From positions 928,001 to 992,000 of the forward strand of contig OZ219802.1 of assembly GCA_964291655.2 (NCBI GenBank): a stretch of DNA of 64,000 nucleotides, in the 5' to 3' direction. Shown piece after piece: positions 10,008 to 19,551 of this stretch (position 1 is its first letter; every line of letters begins with the position of its first letter). This stretch comes from Chloroflexota bacterium. Lineage in GTDB: Bacteria; Chloroflexota; UBA11872; VXOZ01. The notes under the pieces are model-generated. The model made no database searches. It saw nothing but the letters and a program-made list of their open reading frames with translations, and was not told where the DNA came from. The position numbers were made by a program, and so were the translations under genes.

Positions 10008-11600
10008 GTGAAGCGGATCGTCTTATTGCTTTCATTGGGGCTCTGTATTGCCGCTTGCGGCAGAGCCGAAACAGAACCATCGCCGCCGCATACGCCGACG
10101 GCGAATCCAACGACTGCACCGCAGCAAACTCCAAAACCCAAGCCGCCAGCTCGTCCGAGCCCAACGCGCGAGTTGATAGCGACGCCCGCGCCGCAACGCG
10201 AATACGTTGTGAAAGCGGGGGACACCCTGTATTCCATTGCTCGGCAGTTCGGTCTGAGTGTGCAGGCGCTCTCCAACTTCAACCGGCTTTCCAATCCAGA
10301 AATGATCACAGTGGGTCAAGTATTGCGCATTCCATCTGCGGCGATCATAGCGAAAACTCCAAAGGCAAGTCCCACGCCGCCGCAAGGTCCGGCAGCAGCC
10401 GATTGCTCGTTTCGGCTAGGCTTTAGGGCACTCTATGAATTCTTGCCAGCAATAGTCGGGCAGTGCCTCGAAAACGAGCAATACAATGCCAGTGGCGAAA
10501 GCCTACAAAGAACAACCAACGGTCTCTTGGTTTGGAGTAAGGCTGACAATCGTACGAGTTTCACCGACGGCGACTGGACCTGGATTCACGGAAGGGATGG
10601 TATCCAGAAGCTGCGCAACAGTGACCGCATTAGCTGGGATCCACCAGGTCCAGAGCTTGCGCAGGCGCTAGAAGCACTGCGCGCCACACGTACCGGCGAG
10701 AGAGTATTCACCATGTTAATGCAGTTGGGCGCCACTGCTAAATTCGGGAGAATTGAGGGTATTTCTCGCTTTAGCCCATTCCGCAACCTCATTACAGTTA
10801 ACGAAGAGTACCGGGGCGAGAGTTCCGACGCCCTTGCACACATTCTCATCTGGCCAACGATAGCTTCCCATAATGCGGCTGAGCATTGGCAATCTTGGAG
10901 CGACTGCATGGATAGTATATCTGAACGGGAGGTCTTTCAAGCCCAATGGTGGCAAGAGCGGTATGGCGAAACCGGCAAGAAAGATCCCACAGAATTGGAG
11001 CTTTGGGCAAACTATGAAATGACTCTCCTCATTAACGAAAGCCTAGACCTGTGGTTACTGCTTAGCCCACACTATCGGCAGCAGTGCGAGAATTTCGGAA
11101 CTCCGCTGCAGCACATCGATCCGACAATCGCTAAAGGATACCAAACGGCACTGATGGGTGGCGAGTCCGCATTGGGTAAAGCAGTGGCAGAGACTATAAC
11201 CAATTCCCATACAGATGTTGTGTTTGGCCATTTGGACGCTTCCCTTGGTCGCTATTCCCCATCCCGCAACCGCATCACGTTGAACGAAAAACTTCGCGAC
11301 GCGAGCACGGACGTCTTAGCAGCCGTGCTAGTTCACGAGACGACTCACGTAGCGCAATATGGTCACAACAAGAAGAAGCGTTCACCAGCCGAGTGCATTA
11401 CAGAGGAAATAGAGGCGTTCAAAGCGGAAGCCCAATGGTGGGCAGAGCGACACGGCCGCCATGGCAAAGACCAGCCCAATCCAATTGAACAACGGATGAA
11501 CAACCTGATTCAAGCTTGGCTCGACGAACGGTTGGAAGAGTTCGTTCTGCTTAGCGACGGCTATCAAGAACAATGCTTGGGCGGCGTTGTGGATTCATAA
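10008..11600 (+). CDS. LysM-domain lipoprotein with duplicated zincin-like C-terminal domains
   Basis: Lipobox CIAAC; Pro/Thr linker; LysM (YVVKAGDTLYSIARQFG...ITVGQVLRIP); HETTH...EE in the second of two repeats; GTG start after AAAGGG. Confidence 0.75.
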   Translation: MKRIVLLLSLGLCIAACGRAETEPSPPHTPTANPTTAPQQTPKPKPPARPSPTRELIATPAPQREYVVKAGDTLYSIARQFGLSVQALSNFNRLSNPEMITVGQVLRIPSAAIIAKTPKASPTPPQGPAAADCSFRLGFRALYEFLPAIVGQCLENEQYNASGESLQRTTNGLLVWSKADNRTSFTDGDWTWIHGRDGIQKLRNSDRISWDPPGPELAQALEALRATRTGERVFTMLMQLGATAKFGRIEGISRFSPFRNLITVNEEYRGESSDALAHILIWPTIASHNAAEHWQSWSDCMDSISEREVFQAQWWQERYGETGKKDPTELELWANYEMTLLINESLDLWLLLSPHYRQQCENFGTPLQHIDPTIAKGYQTALMGGESALGKAVAETITNSHTDVVFGHLDASLGRYSPSRNRITLNEKLRDASTDVLAAVLVHETTHVAQYGHNKKKRSPAECITEEIEAFKAEAQWWAERHGRHGKDQPNPIEQRMNNLIQAWLDERLEEFVLLSDGYQEQCLGGVVDS

Positions 11601-11788
11601 CTTAGGGAATCTGGCTGCAGGCTTGAATGACGCGTCGCGCAGACTTGTACCTCACTTGGCATGGTTTACCACGCGCCTGCCAGAAGACTAAGCGGCGCGG
11701 CCGGTGTTTGGCGGGGTAGGGTTTCCATTGCGCGGGTAGACGCTAGACACCAACCTCTTGTGCCTCTTCAGCCCTAACTTCGCAGAAT

Positions 11789-12232
11789 TCACAGACCGGG
11801 ATCGAGTGGCAAATTTGCAAGCAGTTCCGGCTCTATCTCTTCAAGCGGCAGCGCCTCATGTAAGACTGTAACGTCGGGCGACGGATTAGTGGGGAGCCAA
11901 ACCGCCCGCCCAACCACCAGGTTGTCGGCAACGAAGAAGACCAGTACTTGCGCGCGCGGGTAGCGGCCACGCAAGAACTCCGCAAAGGGCATGATGCGCC
12001 CGACTCGACCGGCATCGTCGAGTGCATGCCAATAGGCGATCGACGGCTCGTCTAACGGCATGACGATGACGTTGGCGACGCTCACCGCGCGGCGGTACGC
12101 GGCATCATCTCCTTCCAAGTCCATGTCCTCAGGCGCCAGCGAGAGATACGCGTCACAATTCCACTGCTCACGCTTCTCCTGGCGGGAGATGAGATCGGCG
12201 GCTGCCCGCGCCTCTCGGTTATTGCCTGCCAT
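11789..12232 (-). CDS. Hypothetical protein (147 aa)
   Basis: Natural-looking composition; co-oriented downstream of mutL; no family recognised. Confidence 0.6.
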   Translation of the reverse strand: MAGNNREARAAADLISRQEKREQWNCDAYLSLAPEDMDLEGDDAAYRRAVSVANVIVMPLDEPSIAYWHALDDAGRVGRIMPFAEFLRGRYPRAQVLVFFVADNLVVGRAVWLPTNPSPDVTVLHEALPLEEIEPELLANLPLDPGL

Positions 12233-12277
12233 GCTTCTCGTCTGCCCTTGTTAGGTAAACCGGTCATTCGTGAACAG

Positions 12278-12302
12278 AGCAGGGGACAAGCCCCCGCGCT
12301 AC
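12278..12302 (-). repeat. GTAG-type REP palindrome (GTAGCGCGGGGGCTTGTCCCCYGCT family)
   Basis: Near-identical copies at 40463, 44648 and 44777. Confidence 0.8.
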
Positions 12303-12376
12303 GACTTAACGGCTGTCCGCGCAGTCTTGCTGCGACACTGCAACTGAACCCTACCACACAATGGGATTGGCCCCGC

Positions 12377-14086
12377 TTACGTGCGCCCAAATTCCCGCGC
12401 CAGTTGCGCATGGGAGAGCCGCACCATCGTCGGACGGCCGTGGGGACACGTGCGCGCCAGATCGCACCTTTCCAACGCGCTAAGCAGCGCTGTTATCTGC
12501 TCGTGGGAGAGCGTGTCCCCCGCCTTTACCGCGCCGTGGCACGCAATTATCCACCGGAGCCGCTCAAGCGGATCGCCGCGATAGTCCGGGTTATCCTTCT
12601 GCTCGATCACCGTCGCCACAAATTGCCCCCAGTCATGACCCTTCTCCGCCAGAAACGTGGGAACCGCCCGCAAGAGCCATGCGCCGCTGCCAAACGGTTC
12701 CACTTCAAAACCCATGCGCTGCAGGTCCTCTGCGTACCCCTCCAGCCATTGCAGGTGCGGCGGCGCCAGCGACAGTGGTTGTGGTTGGAGCAACTGCTGT
12801 CGCTGCGCTTCGGGCAGCCGCTTGAGGACGGCTTCGTAGAGTACGCGCTCGTGCGCCGAGTGTTGATCGATGAGATACATGCCATCTCTGCCTTCGGCAA
12901 TGAGGTACATTGCATTGATCTGCCCAAGTACCCGCAACTCCGACGGTGCGGTGGGCGCGGCTTGCAGCGCGCCGTTGTCCGGCGCAGGCCCTTCCGCGCC
13001 CACCGGACGAAAGAGGTCGACCGCTCGAGCGCTCTGGCCCGGACTTGCCTGCGCCTCGGGGTTGCGCCACGTGTCCGCCGATTGGAAGCGCTGGCGCATG
13101 GGCTGCACGGCCACGTGCTGCGAAAGTACCGAGCGCAGTACATGACGCATCTGCCGTACGACGCGGGCCGAGTCTTTCAGTCGAATGTCCGACTTTTGCG
13201 GATGCACATTTACGTCAACCTCTTCCCAAGGGAGCGAGACGTTGAGGGCCGCCAGCGGGTATCGTCCGTCAGGCATGAGTTCCGCATACACGTCCGTGAG
13301 CGCATAGAGAAGCGCCCGCTGCTGTACCCAACGGTTATTTACGAAGAGGGAGACGCCGGTGCGGTTGCCGCGGTTCACCGTGGGCTGCACGAGCACGCCC
13401 TGCACCAACGGATCGTCCACCGGAATCAACTGTTCGGCAAGCTCGTGGCCGTGCATGGCGATGAAAACGTCCTCGATGCTCCCACTGCCGGCGGACGCAA
13501 AGACTTCACGCCCGCTTACCGTGAGGGTAAAACGCACGGCGGGGCGACTCAGGGCCAGGTGCTGCACGCATTGCGTGACGCGTTGTGTTTCCGCCTGCGG
13601 GCTCTTGCAGAAAGCCAGCCGCGCCGGCACGTTGAAAAAGAGCTGCCGCACGTCCACGGCAGTGCCAACCGGCCCGGCGGTTGCCGTCACCTTCGGATCA
13701 TCGCCACCGGCGGTCTTAAGCTGCTGCGCGGCGCGGTCTTGGGCTGTGCGGGAACGGATGTCCAGATGCGATACCGCCGCGATGGAAGCCAGCGCCTCGC
13801 CACGAAATCCCAGCGTGCGAATGGCCGCGAGGTCGTCCACGCTGCCAATCTTGCTGGTGGCATAGCGGCGCACCGTGAGCGGAAGATCGTTCGCGGCAAT
13901 TCCCACTCCGTCGTCTTCGACGCGTAGACGGCGCAGCCCACCCTGCTCGATGACTACTGCGATGGAGGTCGCTTGCGCGTCAAGCGCGTTTTCACACAAC
14001 TCCTTGACCACCGAAGCGGGACGTTCCACCACCTCTCCCGCCGCAATCTTTGCCGCGAGCGCGGCAGGCAACACTTGAACGGCCAT
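12377..14086 (-). CDS. mutL: DNA mismatch repair endonuclease MutL
   Basis: IAAGEVVERPASVVKELCENALDA, TLGFRGEALASI, DVNVHP, DQHSAHERVLYE, ACH, CPHGRP. Confidence 0.97.
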   Translation of the reverse strand: MAVQVLPAALAAKIAAGEVVERPASVVKELCENALDAQATSIAVVIEQGGLRRLRVEDDGVGIAANDLPLTVRRYATSKIGSVDDLAAIRTLGFRGEALASIAAVSHLDIRSRTAQDRAAQQLKTAGGDDPKVTATAGPVGTAVDVRQLFFNVPARLAFCKSPQAETQRVTQCVQHLALSRPAVRFTLTVSGREVFASAGSGSIEDVFIAMHGHELAEQLIPVDDPLVQGVLVQPTVNRGNRTGVSLFVNNRWVQQRALLYALTDVYAELMPDGRYPLAALNVSLPWEEVDVNVHPQKSDIRLKDSARVVRQMRHVLRSVLSQHVAVQPMRQRFQSADTWRNPEAQASPGQSARAVDLFRPVGAEGPAPDNGALQAAPTAPSELRVLGQINAMYLIAEGRDGMYLIDQHSAHERVLYEAVLKRLPEAQRQQLLQPQPLSLAPPHLQWLEGYAEDLQRMGFEVEPFGSGAWLLRAVPTFLAEKGHDWGQFVATVIEQKDNPDYRGDPLERLRWIIACHGAVKAGDTLSHEQITALLSALERCDLARTCPHGRPTMVRLSHAQLAREFGRT

Positions 14087-14263
14087 GTTTTGTTCCTCTC
14101 CACGCTCAACCCGGTAGCAGGATAGCAATCGCCGCAGCCTCGGGTCAAAAGCGCTACAAACCGAGACCCGCTCGCTTTGCCTTAAATCACATCTTCACTC
14201 CGCCAGTGTAAGAGAATATTCGTAATTACAATCAATAAAGTTAAATACTCTTACTAAAGATAC

Positions 14264-14292
14264 TTGACAAAGAGCGACGCATATTTTAGAAT
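14264..14292 (+). promoter_or_regulatory. Sigma70-type promoter of hsp20
   Basis: TTGACA-N17-TAGAAT with AT-rich upstream DNA. Confidence 0.75.
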
Positions 14293-14341
14293 ACTAGCAG
14301 AGGCTTGGTTCATCAACAGTAAAGTAAGAGGAGGAATTACA

Positions 14342-14794
14342 ATGGCTGAACTCAAGCGCTACGAGCCCCACACCTACGCGACGGTGCAGGATGTCTTCGA
14401 CCGGCTCTTCGACCGGTCGCTCTTTGGCCCTGGTCTGTTTAGCAACGGCGCCACAACCCCGGTAAACCGAGGCTTCCCTGCCAACCTTTGGGAGACCGAT
14501 GAAGCCTATGTGCTGGAGTTGGCAATCCCGGGCGCAAGTCCCGATGACGTCGAGATGACCCTGAGCAAGGGCAGCCTGATCATCAAAGGCCGCTACGAGC
14601 GTCCCGAGACCGAGACGGGTACCAGCATCTGGCGCAACTTGCCTGAAGGCGAGTTCGAGATTGCCTACACGCTTCCGAGCGCCGTCTACGCCGACGAGGC
14701 CGCGGTTTCCTGGTCGAACGGCATCTTCAAGGTGCACTTGCCCAAGGAGGAGAAGGCGAAGTCGAAGCGGCTCAAGATCCGCGTAGGGGAATAG
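14342..14794 (+). CDS. Small heat-shock protein (Hsp20/alpha-crystallin)
   Basis: GAGGAGG RBS; alpha-crystallin core ETDEAYVLELAIPG...NGIFKVHLPK; C-terminal IxV-like motif. Confidence 0.9.
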   Translation: MAELKRYEPHTYATVQDVFDRLFDRSLFGPGLFSNGATTPVNRGFPANLWETDEAYVLELAIPGASPDDVEMTLSKGSLIIKGRYERPETETGTSIWRNLPEGEFEIAYTLPSAVYADEAAVSWSNGIFKVHLPKEEKAKSKRLKIRVGE

Positions 14795-14826
14795 GCACAA
14801 TTTCGCCTGCGCCACAGACAGCAACT

Positions 14827-14860
14827 GACGCCCACAGGAATTTGCTCCTGTGGGCGTCTT
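14827..14860 (+). terminator. Intrinsic terminator after hsp20
   Basis: 13-bp stem GACGCCCACAGGA / TCCTGTGGGCGTC. Confidence 0.65.
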
Positions 14861-15011
14861 GCGTTACATGACCGGAATGCAGCTGGAAATCCGTGATTCC
14901 TGCAGGTGTTGAGTAATTCGTTGGCTGAAGCCTCTTCCCATTTGAGACCCTTGCGAAACTCATCTGCAGGCGAGGAAACTTCCCTCTTCCCTTGGAGAGC
15001 TTTACGTAACT

Positions 15012-16634
15012 CTAACGAGCACATGGAATTGGGCTGGAACGATGAAGATTCGCCCTCACCCCGGCCCTCTCCCCCGGAGGCTGTCTCAATATTTTGGTGC
15101 GGGGCACGGTGAATGGGGTGAGAAGGACAGACAGATGGCGGGTGGTATGAACAAGACGGTGCCAGTGAGAGACTCGTCCCCGGGGCGACGCTGGACTACA
15201 CCCAGACCGCCACAGGGCGTGGAGGCTCTTGAGATTGAACGCGGTGGCCAGCAGGTGCCATTCGGACGTCACGTGGCTGCGGCCTCTGAGCAGGAAGCGC
15301 CTGGCACTGTGCCACTCCTTGAGCAGGCCAAAGACCGGCTCGACGATGGTACTCCGGCGGCGGTACACCTGCTTGGCAGGCGCGGTGGCCATCAACTGCC
15401 TGTGCCGTTGCAGTATTGGCTCGTAGGCGCTGATCTTTATGGAGCGGCCCCTCTGGGAGGAGGTGCAGACGCCGAAGGCCGGACAGGTTCTGCAGTCCCG
15501 GCCGTTGGCTTGGTACCGCTTGACCCGGTAGCCGTTGCTGTGGGTCAAGCGGTGCGTGTAGGTGAGCACCTTTTGCTGGGGACACAGGTAGGTGTCGGTC
15601 TCTGGACGGTAGGTGAAGTGGTCTTTATGGTAGGGGTTGCGGCGTCTGCGCTCGTGGGTCGTGGGCATCAATACCGTGTGGCCGCCGGCGTGGCACGTGG
15701 CGAGGTTGGCCCCCGAATGGTAGCCGGCGTCCGCAACGGTCACCACGTCCCGCGCGGCGTCGATGTTCTCCTGCGCCGCCTCGATCAGCGGCGCCAGGTG
15801 GGGATGGTCGTCGGCACTGGCGCTCACGTCCACGGCTGTGATCAACCTCCCCCCTGCGCCCTCGTCCGGGGACGCAAGAGGGGAGACCAGCGCCTGGGCG
15901 TTGTAGCCGGTGATGAAGCCACCCATGCCAGTCTTGAGCAGGGCCGCGTCCGCATCAGTCAGGTTCGTGTAGCGCGGCCCGTCCTCAGCCGCGACGCGGG
16001 CGAGCGCGTCGTCCACCCGCCGCCGCAGGGCCTGGGCATCGGCAAGTTCCTGCGGCAAAGTCGCTGGCGGCGCGTCGCCCCCCGTGGCGTTCTGCGCCTC
16101 CAGGTCCGCGATCGCTTGCTCGGTGCGGGACAACAGCCGCTGCAGCCCCTGCGCGTCGTGGGTATGCCGCGTCCCGGCGTTGGCCGCGATCCTGGTGCCG
16201 TCCACCGCCTGGATTGCCAACTCCACCAGGCCGGCTCGCACCGCCGTGCGCACCGTGCGCTTGAGCAGCATCCGCATCCGGTCGCGGTGCGCCTTGTAGA
16301 AGCGCCACAGCGTGTTGTGGTCCGGCTGCTGCATCCCCACCAGCCACAGGTACGGTACCTGATCCCGGCAGGCTGCCTCCAGCTTGCGGCTCGAGCGCAC
16401 GCCGGTCATGAAGCCGTAGACCCATACGCCCAGCAGCGCGCGCGGATGGTAGGCCCCGGCGCCACGCGGATCGCCTTGCAGGTCAATCTCCATCGCCTCC
16501 CAGGCCGCAGCATCGAGGCTGTCCACGAACGCTGCCGCAAACCTGACAGGATGGTCGTCCGGGATCAGTTCGTCCAGCGTCGGCGGCAACAGCCAGGCCT
16601 GTTCACGACTAAACGGTCTCAACGGCATCGTCAC
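15012..16634 (-). CDS. IS1182-family DDE transposase
   Basis: LLPPTLDELIPDDHPVRF, YHPRALL, SSRKLE, PDHNTLWRF, VDGTRI, ADAGY, CP..C..CP...C, VEPVFG; the ORF reads past the TIR before its stop. Confidence 0.92.
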   Translation of the reverse strand: MTMPLRPFSREQAWLLPPTLDELIPDDHPVRFAAAFVDSLDAAAWEAMEIDLQGDPRGAGAYHPRALLGVWVYGFMTGVRSSRKLEAACRDQVPYLWLVGMQQPDHNTLWRFYKAHRDRMRMLLKRTVRTAVRAGLVELAIQAVDGTRIAANAGTRHTHDAQGLQRLLSRTEQAIADLEAQNATGGDAPPATLPQELADAQALRRRVDDALARVAAEDGPRYTNLTDADAALLKTGMGGFITGYNAQALVSPLASPDEGAGGRLITAVDVSASADDHPHLAPLIEAAQENIDAARDVVTVADAGYHSGANLATCHAGGHTVLMPTTHERRRRNPYHKDHFTYRPETDTYLCPQQKVLTYTHRLTHSNGYRVKRYQANGRDCRTCPAFGVCTSSQRGRSIKISAYEPILQRHRQLMATAPAKQVYRRRSTIVEPVFGLLKEWHSARRFLLRGRSHVTSEWHLLATAFNLKSLHALWRSGCSPASPRGRVSHWHRLVHTTRHLSVLLTPFTVPRTKILRQPPGERAGVRANLHRSSPIPCAR

Positions 16635-16720
16635 TACCTCTCTACAAACTATCCCACCACCTCACCTTGCTTCTCTTCACACCAGTATATATCCAGTAGA
16701 TCTATTTTTGAGACACCCTC
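15077..16720 (-). mobile_element. IS1182-family insertion sequence
   Basis: TIRs GAGGCTGTCTCAA (15077) and TTGAGACACCCTC (16708-20); inserted in the loop of a CCCTCTCCCC-N4-GGGGAGAGGG palindrome. Confidence 0.88.
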
Positions 16721-17160
16721 TTGGGGAGAGGGTGCAGAGTACGGATCCGAGTGAACTTGGAGCGGCTCCGGTTCCCTCTCCTGAGGGAGAGGGTTAGGGT
16801 GAGGGGTCTTTTTGCTGCAATGGCCGCTAGCGTGGCGCAGTTTCAAGATGCATCGGTGCTAAGTCGGTAGGCACTTAGAGTGATTCTACGAGATTCATCC
16901 TCACCCCCGTATCACGTACGGGCCAGGCTCTAGCCCTCTCCCGTTGAGGGAGGGGAGCTCTCCCGTTTCCGCTAGGGTTATGCAAGAGTCTCCCATTTGG
17001 CAGTGCTTACCGTTCACGTCATCTTCAGCGGAGCGTCGAACAGGACTCGATGACTTCGTCACAGATACAGAACCTAAGGCCCATGCCGCAAGTCGCCAGA
17101 AATGCTCAACATCTCTTATTCTTCGCTCCGAGCGACTCTTCGCTGTGCTACGTTCGGAAT

Positions 17161-17405
17161 TGTAAGTGTTGAGTAATTCGTTGACAGATTATGCAGAAGA
17201 ATCCTTGTAGCGAAACTCTGCGCTCGCCTGAATGCGTGACATTCCGAACGGAGTGAAGAATCTAGAGTGCTACAGCCGTCAAAGTGCGTTGAGCAGGGAC
17301 CCTGGATTCCGCAAACAGGGTTTGACGCGACGCTCGGAATCACAAGGCCTTGCAGCGCTCTCTACGGGAAAGCGGATTCTGTCAACGAATTACTCAACAC
17401 TTACA
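17161..17405. mobile_element. 245-bp MITE with perfect 28-bp TIRs
   Basis: TGTAAGTGTTGAGTAATTCGTTGACAGA at 17161-88 and its exact reverse complement at 17378-405. Confidence 0.8.
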
Positions 17406-17782
17406 GTCATCGGGAGCAGATTGATGCGCAGCTAGATGCTCTGAACTCAGAACCTCTCACAGAAAGAGGCACTCTGCTAACCCAGGCGCAACCCGGCTCC
17501 CTTTGCCTGTCATTCTGGGGGAGTTCTTCGACAAGCCTGTCTTGAGCCTGCCGAAAGGCTCAGAATAAACTTTGCGCCGAAGAATCTCGTGTCACAGGGT
17601 TCCAGATTCCTCGCTGCGCTCGGAATGACAGGATCTGTCAACACTGACAATTGGGGAGAGGACTCTGTCAGCGCAATACTCAACACTTACAGGAATGACA
17701 CGCAATACTGCTCAACAATAGGGATCAAGTCCAAGTCTAGGTATTCTGGAGAGATCGCACGTTTCCAGCGTCACGATATCCC

Positions 17783-19543
17783 TCATCGTTGCATGAGGGA
17801 GCCCTCCCGTTCCAGTTTCCAGCGCTGTGCGCGGGTGAGGAGCTCACGAATGCCGCGCTCTGCCGCCGCTCCTACGGCGCCACTCATTGCTACCAGCTCA
17901 TCCACCTGCCGGTCCGCTTCAAGCCTATTGACGTGGGTAAGCGTGCGGCTGCTTTCTGCGGCCTTATGGATGAAATAGTGGTGATCGGCATACGCAGCCA
18001 CCTGCGGGAGGTGCGTAACGCAAATCACCTGATGATTCTCTACAAGGCTCCACATCTTTTCGCCCAACACGGCCCCACTGCGACCACCGACACCGATCTC
18101 GATTTCATCGAACACGAGCACCGGCGTTTCGTCGGCGTGGGCCAACGCAGACTTGAGAGCAAGCAAGAGGCGGGACGCTTCGCCGCCGGAAGCAATGGTT
18201 GCCAGGAGCTTCAGTGGTTCGCCCTGATTTGGGCTGATGAGAAACTCGACGGTATCGATGCCTGTTGGTCCACACTGCAGCGCCCGGGGGCCTTCTTCGG
18301 TCTCAATGAGGAGTCCTTGCGGCACTTCCTCTTGTGTCACAGCCACGTCGAACACCATGTTCGGCATACCCAACAGCGCTAGTTCACTATGCACGGCCCC
18401 CACCAGCTCACTCACGGCGGACTTCCGTTTCCCCGAGAGTTCGGCGGCGCAACCGGCAAGCTCTTCGGCGAGTTGCCGCTCCTGCTGCGCGAGGTCCGCT
18501 ACGCGGTCTTCACTTGACTGAATGCGCGCCAACTCTGCCGCTGCCTCATCCGCATACCCCAGGACATCTGCGATGGTATCGCCATACTTGCGTTTCAGGC
18601 TTTCAATTATGTCTAGTCGCGCCTCCACCTCCAGCATGCGTCCCGGCTCCTGTTCCAGGCCGGTGGTATAGCGCCGGACGTCTGCGACCAGTTCCTCCAA
18701 TTGGGCCGAGACTTCCTGTCCGGCTTTGAGAAACTGCTCCGCGTCGGGATCGAGTTCGGTCAGGCGCTCGAGGTCATTGACGGCATCACCCAGCCAATCG
18801 CTGGCGGGCCGCGCCGGTTCAGCGGCATCGCTCAACGCACCGAGCACGGCGCCCGTCAAGTCTACTATCTCCGCACTATGTCGCAGTCGCCGGTACTCGG
18901 TGCGCAGCGCTTCCTCTTCACCAGAGGCAAGACCCGCCTCGGATATCTCCTGAACTTGAAAGGCAAGCAAGTCGGCGCGTTGCGCTAACTCTCGTTTGTC
19001 CTGCCGGAGATGCCGCACCTCGGACTGCACCGCTCGCAACATGCGGAAGGATTGTGCCACACGCTGCCGCAGCTCGCCCAAACCGGCGAAGCGGTCCAGG
19101 AAGTCGAGCTGTAGCTTGGAGCGAAGCAGCGAAAGGTTCTCACCCTGACCGTGAATGTCAACAAGCTGGCCTGCCACCTGCTGCAAGACGCCCACAGGTG
19201 TCGCGCGGCCCTGAATGCGGGCGGTTGTACGACCGGAAGCTGCGATTTCCCGCGAGAGGCGCAAACGATTCTTTTCGTCCAGGCTAATGTCGAACTCTTG
19301 CAACACTTCTGCGAGGTCAGGGGGGAGGTTAGGCAGGGCAAAGGCGCCCTCGATCCGGGCGGTACGGGCGCCGCTGCGCACCTCGGCCGCGCCCACTCGG
19401 TTGCCGAGCAGTGCGCCGATGGCATCGATGATGATCGACTTGCCGGCGCCGGTCTCGCCAGTAAGGACATTGAACCCAGCGCCAAACTCGACCCGGACTT
19501 CGTCTATGAGGGCGAAGTTTTGGATTTCCAAGCGCTCCAGCAT
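17783..19543 (-). CDS. recN: DNA repair protein RecN
   Basis: TGETGAGKS Walker A; DIHGQ; ASGGEASR signature; LVFDEIEIGVGG; VTHLPQVAA. Confidence 0.97.
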   Translation of the reverse strand: MLERLEIQNFALIDEVRVEFGAGFNVLTGETGAGKSIIIDAIGALLGNRVGAAEVRSGARTARIEGAFALPNLPPDLAEVLQEFDISLDEKNRLRLSREIAASGRTTARIQGRATPVGVLQQVAGQLVDIHGQGENLSLLRSKLQLDFLDRFAGLGELRQRVAQSFRMLRAVQSEVRHLRQDKRELAQRADLLAFQVQEISEAGLASGEEEALRTEYRRLRHSAEIVDLTGAVLGALSDAAEPARPASDWLGDAVNDLERLTELDPDAEQFLKAGQEVSAQLEELVADVRRYTTGLEQEPGRMLEVEARLDIIESLKRKYGDTIADVLGYADEAAAELARIQSSEDRVADLAQQERQLAEELAGCAAELSGKRKSAVSELVGAVHSELALLGMPNMVFDVAVTQEEVPQGLLIETEEGPRALQCGPTGIDTVEFLISPNQGEPLKLLATIASGGEASRLLLALKSALAHADETPVLVFDEIEIGVGGRSGAVLGEKMWSLVENHQVICVTHLPQVAAYADHHYFIHKAAESSRTLTHVNRLEADRQVDELVAMSGAVGAAAERGIRELLTRAQRWKLEREGSLMQR

Positions 19544-19551
19544 GGCGGGCC

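Larger units (their letters stand above)
14944..16992. mobile_element. MITE with GAGACC(C/T)TTGC-type TIRs, carrying an IS1182 insertion
   Basis: Ends GAGACCCTTGCGAAAC and GTTATGCAAGAGTCTC; flanking direct repeat CCATTT at 14938-43 and 16993-98; related to the elements at 29372 and 29723. Confidence 0.75.
14900..17692. mobile_element. Outer non-autonomous element with CTGTAAGTGTTGAGTA-type termini
   Basis: After removing the inner 14944-16992 insertion, the left end matches the reverse complement of 17641-17692 at 39/52 positions (counted by eye). Confidence 0.6.

Noticed and set aside
12248-13927. 559-aa + strand ORF, and similar long ORFs such as 15042-16754, 32268-33047 and 55766-56665
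   Set aside because: These are antisense shadows of mutL, the transposase, topA and nrdJ caused by high-GC codon bias.
14294-14322. CIRCE or HAIR heat-shock operator at hsp20
   Set aside because: Only a weak half-site (CTAGCAGAG) is present, with no matching second arm.
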